From assembly GCA_040357565.1 (NCBI GenBank), contig JBDODJ010000029.1: a DNA stretch of 64,000 nucleotides; one strand, 5' to 3'. Below are positions 53,480 to 64,000 of the stretch, one piece after another. The notes beneath the pieces are model-generated. The model was not told the DNA's origin, did no database searches, and was given only the letters and a program-made list of their open reading frames with translations. The translations under genes and the position numbers were made by a program. How positions within the stretch are numbered: the stretch's first letter is position 1; each line of letters starts with the position of its first letter. The DNA comes from Cercozoa sp. M6MM. Taxonomy: Eukaryota; Protista; Endomyxa: Ascetosporea.

Positions 53480-55760
53480 TACGTACAGGGCTACAGTCAT
53501 ATCGGCCGCCTCGCTTTGTGCACACGGACGCGAGCGTCGACGTGGACATCGCAACGTCACCGTGGACACCGCGGAGTGCGCAGAGTCCGATTCGCGTCGT
53601 CGATGTCGATGACTTCTTGTGGCGACAGCGTGCTGATTCCCATGGTGCAGTGTCTCTCTTACCCTTGTACTTCGTCCCCCCCTCCTCTCTTGTGTGTATG
53701 TGTGTGTGTGTGTGTGTGTGCCTGTGTGTGTATTGTGTGTGTATTGTGTGTATTGTGTAGTGTTGTGTGTATGCGTGTATGCGCGTGTGTGTATAGATAC
53801 GCGAGAGTTGCTGCAACTGGTGTCACAGCAGTGCATCGACGAGAAGTGGGACCGCTCTCACGGAATGCATGTCTACACTGACACTGTAAGCTAACTCTCC
53901 TTGCGCCTGTGTATATCTTCGTGTGTATCTTTTGTGTGTATCTTTTTATGTGTCCTTCTTCTAGTACAATGCACCACCAGATCGCTTGCGCAATCTGGAC
54001 GAGCGGTACGACAAGGACGGCATCGTTGTGTCCACCATGGCCATCGCGACCATCCTGCAGCAGGGTAGTCAAGCACCTGTCCCCTGTGTTTATTTGTTCT
54101 ATTAGGCTACGTGTCTTGCAGGAAGAAGAGGCCGCAACTTGGTACGCGGCATTGTCGACGGGATTACCGGGTGCAGTCTTGTTCTTATATCTGGGATATA
54201 TATACTATGTATGTGTGTATTTGTTTTTCTTCAGGTGGGCTCGCTCACTGCACCGACTAAACGTTTACGGCTTGCTTTGTGAGCAATCATTTCTTCCCTT
54301 GCCTTGTTCCTGTGTTGTACCTTCGGTCCTGTTCTCTCAGTGGCCGACCAGGCGGCTTTGGACCTCCTGCAATCGCGACGACTGATTCGCCAGAGCAGCG
54401 ACAGTGACGAGACCTGGGTCTTTGTGCAGTTTCCGAGGGTTCGATTGCTGCTGTTTGATAGGTACTACTCCTCCTGGAACACAGGGCTTTTTGAATATCC
54501 TGTGCGTTCATAGAGACGAGGCAGCAAGTCATCTTCCCTTCGTGTCTGGCACCTTTTTCGGCACACTGCAGTCTGTGTATCCTGCGTTTTCTGGGTGCTG
54601 TAGTTTTAGTAAGCTGCCTTTTGGTACAGTTTGCCGCCATCGGAGGCACGTGCACTGCAATCGTGTGTCACTGACGCTTTGCACACTGGCAATCTGTCCA
54701 AAGTAGACCTCTCCCTCCTCATGTATGTCTCAGGTGTTTTCTCACACTTAGTGTGCTTCAGCGACGTGCCGCTGATTTGCTGCATGTCAACGATCTGCGT
54801 TTCGCCTTACTGGCCCATCTGACACGGCCTACTGATGGCCTACTGCGTCGTTGGGGATACCGTATATATCTCATGCGATACTCTCTTAGTAAATAGTAGT
54901 GATACCTTTGTGTTCAGGCAAGGTGCTGCTGATGGACGGCGTCGATGCACGTATTCTTAGGTTCTGTTAGCAGTGTCAGTACACTGTGGCCACATGGGCA
55001 TGCACACAGGACTCGGCGTCGACCCATTTGTCGTGATGCGCGCCTTTGATGCCAATGAGGAGACCACGCCGTTCTTTTTGGTGAGTGTGTACTTTACGTT
55101 CCCCTCCCTCATCCCGTCCAGCTGTGTTGTCATTGCAGGGTTACGAAACAGGCGCTGATATCTCGGTATACATGAGCATGTGTATATGTTTTGTAGTAGG
55201 TGTATTGTGGTGTGTGTTACAGGGCGGCTGGATGGCCGATCGCTTTCGCGATTGCTATCCAATTCGACAACGGCCCTCGTGGTACCTTTGCGCACACTGA
55301 CACTTTGGGGTGAATAAAGGTATATCCCCTGGTGTCCCGTAGGCTGCGCAGCGACACAGGCACCGTTCTCTACAATGCCGGCGTCTTCGGAGGGCACATT
55401 GAAAGTGTAAATTTACACTTTGCACAAATCATTTCGATTTTGGCTGTATGTTATGAGTGTTGTCTTTAGGTGCACGCCGTGTCACGTGGTGTCGCTGAGT
55501 TCCTGCCGTGTGTGCTGTCGCGCTTCGACGGCGCCACCACACGCGACCAGGCGCAGAGACTGCTGGCAACGAATACTTGCGACATGATGGCCGTCAACGT
55601 CATTCTCGGCATGCTGCATGACCACCCGCAGCGCTTGCGCCGACCGCAACAAGACGAAACCGGGCGACTTGAACGTTCAGTGCAACTCTTTGCGGGCGCA
55701 CCTTTCGTGTCACAGTTCAAGCGCGGCCAGCACTGCGGTAGTGTCGTCTATCACAAGTGA
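53151..55760 (+). CDS. Type II membrane glycosyltransferase-like protein (GT-A-type motifs)
   Basis: N-terminal TM (CLVWCVVTVALTCVAIWI); VNDLRFALL, KVLLMDGVDA, VLYNAGVFGG, CDMMAVN and GAPFVSQFK...YHK*. Some middle junctions are uncertain. Confidence 0.6.
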
Positions 55761-55864
55761 CGAGCTCAGCATGATACAATTGTACGGTACGGCGCCAATT
55801 TTCGGCTTATGTAACGGTTCTCGGCCGAGCAACGCAAACTGAACTTTCGAAACGGACGGAGTAC

Positions 55865-55909
55865 CAACCTTGAAGAAGATGTCCTATGCAACCTTGAAGA
55901 AGATGTCCT
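55865..55909 (+). repeat. 21-bp direct repeat with 24-bp period
   Basis: caaccttgaagaagatgtcct at 55865 and 55889. Confidence 0.95.
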
Positions 55910-56305
55910 GAGCGGGCGGCGGATTTCGGCCATGTGCTTGTGGTCTACCTTAGGGATTGGTACAGGGAATGCTACATAGTTGGTATCTTAGCAGAGTGAA
56001 CGTATCCATCTAGCTATTGTGTATATTTTCGCGCAGTTCCGATAGCGTGGAGTTTCAATTGATACCTTGATACTATCTTACACTTGCTGCGCTGCAGCCC
56101 CGGGGCGGCCCACTGCCAACTACAGTAGACTCAGCGTCGTCAGGTACTTCTACGATCTCCATGGCTGCCTCCAACTGACGAAGAGATTGGACGAGTGACG
56201 ACGCACTATCGACGTTTACGTGGATTAATTTAAAAAACTCCGCTCGTCACTTTTACCCTCGCAGAGTCGATAACGTCTTTGCACGGGTGGCGACGGATAA
56301 AAGCA

Positions 56306-59206
56306 TCACCTAACGGCAAATCCGCCACCGACGAAGCGTGCGCGCTCTTGCTGACGCAGCTCGCGAGTGGCGCGTTCGCGGAGCCGCTGCTTCTCCTTGT
56401 TGACGGACTCACCCGGACGTGGAGAGTTCTGATTGCTTCCGAGTGTGCTGTTACGTGGACCCGCAGCTTCTGCTTTCGTCATTTCATCCTCTCCTTGCAT
56501 TGTCATCTACAAGCATAAACACACAACATTCGCCTAATATGCAAGCTAATTCTGTTGAAACTTACAGCCTCGCGGCGGAGCAACTCGTCCTTCTTGGCAG
56601 CATAGTACTTGCGCTTGAGTTCCTGCATATCGTGCGTCATTCGACGCATTTCGCACTTGTACTCATCGCACTGAGCACGCAGCATGTTCAGCTCGGCCGT
56701 GAGTGAGCGCATTTGCCGTGTCTTTTCTTTCACGAGTTGCGTTTGCGCGTTGAGCTGCTCGACCACGTCCACGCCGGGCATTCGCGACAGTTGTTGCTTC
56801 GTCTCGTCGTACTGCCGCTGTTTGTCCTGTACCTGTTCCTGCAACTCGACGCATTGCTCTGTCTTTATCGCTAGGCGCTTCTGTAAAGCCTGCACTTTGT
56901 GGAGAAGCTCCAGCTGCGACGGCGACGTGTCAGCGAGTTGTCTCCACCGATGCACGTTGATCGGATTTTCGAGTTCCTCGCTGAGAGCACGCAGTTTCGT
57001 CTGCTCTGCCAGCAATCGCTTCTGTAGCACGTGTGTTTCTCGCTTCAAGATTTCCAGTGCCGCCGCTGCGATACCCGTACAGGAACTGATATAATCGTGT
57101 TGAAACAGTAAACATGCGTACTCTTGCTCTTCTCGACGTCGAGCTTGCGTGTCAAATCGCGCACACTGAGCTGCAGATGGCGCACCTCCTCGATTCGGTC
57201 CGAGTATTCTTCTTCGCCTTGCACAAGCGCTGTCTGTTGTCGTTTGCACCTTTCCTCGATCAGAATCATCTCGTCCTGTCTCCTCACCAGCTGTGCACCC
57301 ACGATATCTCGTTCATCAACGACTCGGTCAAAGACGCGCTTTTGTGCGCGCTGTGCTTTCTCTGCTGCTGAGAGTGTCTTTCGTAACGCACGCACCTCGG
57401 CGTCTTGCGATGCGAGCAGTGAGTCAGATTGCAGCACAAGCGCTTGTTTCTTGCTAAGCAGCGCGCGAGTTGCCTGTGCCTTTGCCTCAAGCTCTTTTCG
57501 TTCAAAATGCGACGCAATCAGTGCCTTATTCTTTTCGCGAACCTCATCCTTCAGCTGCGTCACCTGATACGACATTACTTGTTGTGCCTGACGAAGCTCT
57601 GCAACTTCGTCTTTTGTAGCAGAGCACATGGAGGCAAGTGTGTTGCGCTCAGCACGCAGTGACTCGTACATCGACTGCTGCTGTGCGTAAACCTTCGCAT
57701 TGGCGGAGATTTGCATGCGTAGTGCTTGCTCGCCGTTTCGGTACTGCTGGATTTGCTCTCGTAGGCTCTGAGTCTTCCGCTGCAGTTTCTTCGCACTCGA
57801 AACAGCTTTCTGCTGCGCAGCAAAAGCTCCTGCCGTGCGGCGTTCGGCGTCTTGAATCTGCTTGTTTACATCCAAGGCTTCGTTTTCGGCAGCACGAGCG
57901 AGTGCGAGAGCATCTGCGGCACGCTCTGCTTCGAGCTCGCGTGCCTTGCGAGCGGCGTCCAACTTTGAAAGCACTCGTCGTAGTTCATTGTCCAGACTTT
58001 CTATGGCATGCGAATCGCGCTGTGCAAGTCCGAGTTGACTTTGTAGTTGCTGCGATAAGCTTTGCAATTCCTGCCTCCAAGCAGCCCGCTGCTTCTCGAT
58101 CGTCGCCTTTTCTCGGCGCAAGATATCGTTAGTAGACTGCGCATGCGCTAGTCTGTCTTGCTGTTTTTCAATTGTTTTCGTGGCACGCTCGAGATCAGAC
58201 TCCAATTTTTGAAATGTACGCGACATCTTTGCGTGCTCTTCGCGCAGTTTGAACAACTCCGACTCGGTACGGTTCAGCGCGTTCTCGCCACTCTCGAGTT
58301 TCTTTTTGTCGACTTCGAGCTTGCGCTGCATCTTTGCTGACTCTGAAAGCAACTTGCGACGCTCGTTGGAAAGCCGCGATGCTATTCGCTCTGCGTCTTC
58401 GGCACGGAGCTTGTTTTCCATCGACACTGACTGGCATTTCTCCGCTTCCTTGGCCAGATTTGTCTTTTCGTGTTGAAGTTTGGCAACTCGCTTCTTCTCG
58501 GTCGCTTCCGAGCGCACCAGTGCACGCATTTTTTCTGCACTTTCACAATCTCATCTTTACAATTCGGGGAGGAGGGCTGGCAGAAGCACGAATACGTACT
58601 TTGCTCTTCATTGAGTTGTGCTGAAAGATCCTCAATCTGCTGCCTGCTCTGTCTCACTCTGCCACGTGCATCAGTGAGGTGCTTCTCCAACACAGTGACA
58701 CGCTCTTCGAGGTCAATCGTCTTTTCTTCCAGCTGACTTCTTTCGCGGCGCAAATCCTCGAGAATATCTTCTCTGGCCGCCTTTTCGGCGACTTCGCGTT
58801 CCGTTGCAGCAGTCATTGCTTGTACACGAGCACGGAGCTGCTCCATCTGACGACGGTCTTTCTGCTCGCGTTCACGTGCGTTCTCCAACATCTGACGGGT
58901 CGAATCGAGCTCCTTGCGCATAGCACGCCGCTCTGCTTGGTTTTCGGCAGTGGTTTCGAGTGCATTTGTCACAGTCTGCGCAGAACCTGCAAGCTCATCG
59001 GAGAGCTCGGCCACCTTAGCAACAAGCTGCTGCTCCCGAGAAGCCGATTCATCGAGTCGGTTTCGCACGTGCTCTAGCACGGCACGGTACTGTACTACAG
59101 TTGGCTCTTCGGCCAATAGTTGAAGAACACGCTGAAGCTCTTCGGTCGAGTGCTCTGGCGACGACGCCGACTTGGGCTTCTTTTCCAGAGTCTCGTCCAT
59201 CGGCAC
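56306..59206 (-). CDS. CFAP58: Cilia- and flagella-associated protein 58 (coiled coil, 3 introns)
   Basis: YESLRAERN, VVDERDIVGAQLVRRQDE, LSEELENPINVHRWRQL, KVQALQKRL and C-terminal RFVGGGF. The four ORF-track pieces join through canonical ~65-nt GT-AG introns. The start codon is approximate. Confidence 0.88.
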
Positions 59207-59772
59207 AGCAGTATTGCGAAAGAGGCACCCTAGGTGCTATTGAGACACCAGGCGAGAACAAAGTAAATGCTGGGAAACAAACCACTGGATCAGCGTTTTT
59301 ATGGCTCGAGAAACGCAAAGGGAAATGGTCAAAGCTCACTGACCTCAAATGCAAAACTGGAACTAAGTTGACACTGTAAAATACTACTGGACGCCAAACA
59401 GTGCGTTTTGAGTGCTAACAGACACTCTAAAAGAGAGTGTGGAAGGCAAGCACACGCGTGCGCATGGGTAGGCCATCGCAGTTATACCCTCCGCGGGAGT
59501 CGCTTGTCGGGACAGAACACCAGCCGGTTTTGCCGTCGTTGCGGCCACAACCGCCCTCCAAAGAAGGTAACACTGCACATTAGTATGCTCGTCGGAGTTG
59601 TCTTTATCAAAGCACTGGACAGAAAGCGAAGCAGTAAAGCGCGAGTTTTTATCCCGCGCGGTGCCGTCGGGACAGCTCAAGTGGCGCCCGGCCTTTCCTT
59701 TCGAACAGCAGGTAGCAAGCGTGCTGTCCTTTCTTGTTGTTCGTCCTGTTACGACGGTTCCTGCGCAGGAAC

Positions 59773-60387
59773 ATGAGCTTCGAGCGAAACGAGCGTATTC
59801 GCGGCCGTTGGGTCCAGACGGGTACGCTGCTTGATCAAAGTAATCGTGTTGTTCAGCAACGCGTGTGCTGGCGTAGCGAGGAACTCGAGTCGATGCGCGC
59901 GCAGCGCAAGCGACGGCGCCTGGAAGCTAAAGCAAAGAAGGAGCGGAAGACGCGTTCACTGGAGTTGACGCGGCAGAAGAAAGCGTCGAAGCGCGCCAAG
60001 GAGCGCGAAGCGCGCGCGCAGAAGCGACGTGAGAAGAGCATCCGGCAGGCCATGATTGGTGCGTTACACCCCTTGCCCACCCAGCTGTATTCTTTCCCTG
60101 CGTGCACACACCTGTGCGCAATGTGCACAGTACAACAAACGCACCTCGAGAGTGTGCATCGACAACGAGAGCAGCAGCAGCAACCACCGCTTGAGACATC
60201 GGCAGTGGCACCCGCGGAAGAGGAGCAGACCAAGGCGAGCAGCAAGGAGAGTCCGCCGCTGCTTAAGACGAACGAAACTGAGCCTACCAAGGTCGGCATC
60301 GAAGCACAGCAGCAGCTGCCTGAGCCGAGTTTCGATGCCGCCGAAGCACTCGAAGGCAACTCTAACTCCGACTCCATCATTTGTTAA
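59773..60387 (+). CDS. Hypothetical Lys/Arg-rich protein
   Basis: MSFERNERIRGRW...MRAQRKRRRLEAKAKKERK; the ORF probably contains in-frame introns. Confidence 0.45.
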   Translation: MSFERNERIRGRWVQTGTLLDQSNRVVQQRVCWRSEELESMRAQRKRRRLEAKAKKERKTRSLELTRQKKASKRAKEREARAQKRREKSIRQAMIGALHPLPTQLYSFPACTHLCAMCTVQQTHLESVHRQREQQQQPPLETSAVAPAEEEQTKASSKESPPLLKTNETEPTKVGIEAQQQLPEPSFDAAEALEGNSNSDSIIC

Positions 60388-60535
60388 ATTCGGTCTGTTA
60401 TCCGTTATACTACCGTACGTACAGTTGTCTGTTACGGTACGAGTACGACCGGCAGCGCAGATATCTCCTCTAGAACTCACACCCGACTTCGCGTGGCAGC
60501 ACTGCAGCCTGCGCGGCATGCGAAGAGTGCGGCGA

Positions 60536-61494
60536 CTACTGCGGCTGCTGCAGCTCCTCGCGGATCGCCTTCTGGATAGCAGCGACGCGCTGTGCCTTCT
60601 TCTCGCGACCAATGTGCAGCGCCGTTGCGCGCGCCTACCCAGACAGGGGGTACTGGTATACCCAGGACCTGGGGGGGGGGGTTGAGGGCACCTCGAAGGC
60701 CTTGTGCACGCGTCCGTCGGTGTACTTCTGGAGCGCCAGGATGATGTCCAGGTTCTTGGGCTTGTAGGACTTTTTCTTGAGGATCTCCTTGTACTTGACC
60801 TCCTCGCGCGGCATGGCCTTCATCGACATGGCGATACGCGCTGCTCGCTCCAGTCGCTTGTACTGCATGCATAAATAAATAAATAAGCAAATAAATAAAT
60901 AAATAAATAAATAAATGTATATATATATACCATAAACATATGTAAACCATATAATATATAGAAGCAGAATATAAATGCAGCAGCAGTTACCTCGGTGAAT
61001 CTGCCGGGCAAAGGCATGCGAGGGAACGTGCGATCTTTTGATTGCTACGCAAGACACATGAACGGCGTGTGTGTGTGTGTGTGTGTGTGTGCGTGTGTGT
61101 GTGTGTGTGGGGGGGGGGGGGGGGTATCACAGACAGACAGGTCTACCTCCCAGTGCCACGTCAGGCCCAGTCTCAGTGCCATCAAGCGCAGTCGGTCGTA
61201 CACCTGTCACAGCACATTAGTTTATATATATATATATATAACTATACATATCTTTCTAAATTTGTGTGTATATACCTTGGGGTTGAGACGGTTTTCCCTG
61301 ATGCCTCGGTAGGTCTCCTGTGCAGTGAGAGTACAACGCACTGCATACACACATAAAACGCAACAACGCACCTTGCCGAAAAGATCACGCGGCAGGTCGA
61401 CTTTGTACACGTGTCTGAAGAAGGCTGCCGTCGGACTGTCAGCCTACACAACACACACACACACGCACATACACACACGCACATACACACACGC

Positions 61495-61532
<38 letters not shown>

Positions 61533-61812
61533 CATCATCATCATCATCGTGCACATCAGTCACTGACACAAGCGACCTACCATGTGATCTTCGGGGAAGG
61601 CAAACCTGGGCGGCTTTGCGAACGGGTGCTTGAAGCCGAGCTGCAAACGAGAAAAAAAAACAAGCGTGGTTCAAGCAAAAAACGAAACGGGCTCAACTTG
61701 CGAAATAGTATTGCACCTGCTCCTGCATCGAGCGGATCGCCGTCATGCCCGGGTTGGTGAACGCCTTCTTGGCCTTCTTGGCCGCATCGGCTGCCTTCTT
61801 CTTGGGCGCCAT
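60536..61812 (-). CDS. Mitochondrial ribosomal protein mL59-like (spliced)
   Basis: LNPKVYDRLRLMALRLGLTWHWE...GRFTEYKRLERAARIAMSMKAMPREEVKYKE resembles the mL59 pattern (L...A...G ... ER...I..AM..MP). Stop TAG at 60536. Confidence 0.6.
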
Positions 61813-62115
61813 CCGCACGCTGGTCTATGGAGTGCACAAAAAATAAAATCTGTTGCGCAAAGCTCACCGCGTGCGCTGTACTAACCTGTCAGCGTAAGAT
61901 CACTTGCAGACACACCCACCGGCTGCAAGAAGACACCCGGAGCCGAGCGCCGGCCCCAACAAATTGGAAAAATAAAAAATTTGCCGGTTGGTGATTCGCG
62001 GCTGGTAACCATCGGATATGGTTTTACAGGCAGTACAGTAGCTTACAGATCGGGTCCCCCCATCGCGATCGGTAGCCGGCTGTGAGTTTGTGAAATGCAA
62101 ACTAATAGACGATAG

Positions 62116-62987
62116 CTAGAGAGCAAAATCAGGCGGCACAGCGCGTCGCGAGGACTGCTGCGCGCACATGGCGGGCGACTCCGGAGCTTGTTGTTCGCTG
62201 CCGTCACGGTATGCCAGAAATTCGGCAAACGAGCGATTCTCAACTTTCAAGATCTTAAAGTTGGGGCGCTGGATCACAACAAACAATCAGAACACTCAGA
62301 CACACCAACACAGACGCAGTCACAGGCAATACACGGGCACATACAGGCATAGAGAGATCACACGCACAGACAAAAGTACCTCATCAGGCAACAAAATACG
62401 GGGTGTATATAGCTGATCCAGAAACTTCTGAATCCTCGCGCGGTACGCAGTGGCCACATCGAGACCGCGCAGGCAAGCTGCATCGTGTAGAAACAGAAGG
62501 CAGAAAACCTGAGTTCCCGTGCGAAGCGCGCGGAAGATGCTGTTGCGCTGGTGCTGGTGGTCCATGCCGCGGTTGTGGTGTTCGAAGCACACGCCGGTGA
62601 TCTTGAGCATCAACTTGAACAAGTCAGTGCTCACCACCTCCAGTCCGAGCGTGCCCTTGGCCAATGCCGCGTTCTCACATGCTCCCCGCACAAGTGCGAA
62701 GGCACGGACCAGTTCCAGACCCTGGTAATCGACGAGCTCCTCCGAGATATCGCCGCCGGTGTTGAATCCTCCGGTTTTTTCGAACTCCATAAACAAGTCA
62801 AACGCCTGCCCAAACACACTCTCGTATCAACATAAATATGAACAAATAAATACAAATTATAAATGTGAATAAAGAAATAAAAAATAAACAAAATATTATG
62901 TACAAACATATATATATAAATAAAAAAAGATATCAAATACAAATAAAATTTAAAAAATATTTAAATATAAATACAAACATATATATG

Positions 62988-63021
<34 letters not shown>

Positions 63022-63760
63022 CAATCTGTGTGAACTCACGCGATTAATAGGTCCAGCAACGAGTGCCTGCCACGAGTGCTCGCTCTCGAGTGGCAGAGGC
63101 GACGCGGCGGGCGAATGTCCCTGTCCTTGTTCCTGTCCCTGTCCTTGTCTGTGTCCGTGTGTTGCCTGTCCTCCCTGCAACAGGAGCGTGCAGTGCTGCA
63201 TGCGCTTCTTGAGCGACGTGTACAGCAGTCGCAGGTGCCGCCATTCACGCCACTCCTCCAGGGTCGCCGTGTCCTGCCCCTCCGATGACTGCGCAAGTAG
63301 ACAGACTCACAGTCACATTTCAGTAGTCACATAGCAGTCAGTCAGTCACAACTGGAAACTACAACTGGAAACTACAACTGGAAAGCTACCAGCACGGGCT
63401 GATCCGGCGGCGTTTGACCGATCGCGAGCTGTGTCTCGTCTTCCTCTTGTTGCTAAGGGAAGGAAGAGGTAGAGGTAATGCACCGGTGGGTAAGGGGGCA
63501 CAAACGCACCTGCAACTCGGCCTGCCGTGAGCGCAGAAAGTGTATCAGCACGTACCACGCCATCTTGTACTTCTCGAGCGCTTGCTCTGTCTCCAGCAGC
63601 ATAGGGGTTAAGGGGTAAGAGGTAAGGGGTAAGGGGTGGGGAGGGGAGAGGGGTAAAGCACCCGGCATGCCGAAGTTTTCGCCGGCGGCGCCGTCGCGCA
63701 GCAGTGAGAGCGCGAAGAGCGCCAACTCGTCTTCCGAAGTGCCATCGACGTCCAGCTGCA
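62116..63760 (-). CDS. Hypothetical protein, 3' part only (5' end beyond window)
   Basis: Spliceable exons LDVDGTSEDELALFALSLL...ALEKYKMAWYVLIHFL...RIQKFLDQLYTPRILLPDE|RPNFKILKVE...FAL*. Confidence 0.6.
63348..63384 (+). repeat. 13-bp tandem repeat acaactggaaact (~3 copies)
   Basis: Directly visible, intronic. Confidence 0.9.
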
Positions 63761-64000
63761 CACATGACCCCCCAGTTTACCCCTCAGTTCACCCCTTGCT
63801 ACCCCCTCGGAGAGCCGGTACATTCAGAGCCCCGATAACGTGTGTCTTTTGCATGTCGATCTGTGCTCTGTATGCAAGGGGTAATACATTCACACATAGC
63901 TGTACATGTTTGTACATGTTTGTACATGTTTGTACATACCTGTATATACATACATGCATGCATACATAGACATACAAATATACATATACATACAGGGGGG

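Noticed and set aside
56503-59206. Overlapping ORFs suggesting programmed frameshifts or a pseudogene in CFAP58
   Set aside because: Each frame change is explained by a canonical ~65-nt GT-AG intron.
2704-63977. Many VCVC/HTHT/ERER/YIYI ORFs in the track
   Set aside because: They are translations of intronic microsatellites.
1-64000. CRISPR array, transposase/RT/Fanzor, tRNA or rRNA genes, stop-codon reassignment
   Set aside because: No repeat-spacer arrays or mobile-element protein motifs were seen, and no cloverleaf or rRNA core was recognised. All three stop codons end conserved genes, and no in-frame stops were needed in the exons traced.

Overview
Gene-dense, extremely intron-rich eukaryotic (protist-like) nuclear DNA using the standard genetic code (TAA, TAG and TGA all end genes). 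There are seven assembly gaps. Most ORF-track entries are artefacts of short GT-AG introns and microsatellites, so I rebuilt the genes by manual splicing. Recognisable genes: mitoribosomal mS45-like and mL59-like proteins, V-ATPase F, a ~14.5 kb DNA polymerase epsilon catalytic gene with roughly 90 introns, RPS8, RidA, the Hv1 proton channel, a CBM48/EF-hand-like protein, a 2OG-Fe(II) oxygenase, a beta-propeller type I membrane protein, translin, a GT-A-like glycosyltransferase and CFAP58. The organism is therefore mitochondriate and probably flagellated. Most notable: (1) a ~1.2 kb non-coding block (24360-25560) made of ~2.3 diverged ~490-nt tandem units that fold on the + strand into many hairpins repeatedly capped by AACU tetraloops, a candidate undescribed structured RNA; (2) a 2OG-Fe(II) hydroxylase-F-box-actin-like fusion gene; (3) atypical splice signals (GTAC donors, weak +5G, sense-strand YTTACCC motifs). 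Exon boundaries and counts are manual and approximate.
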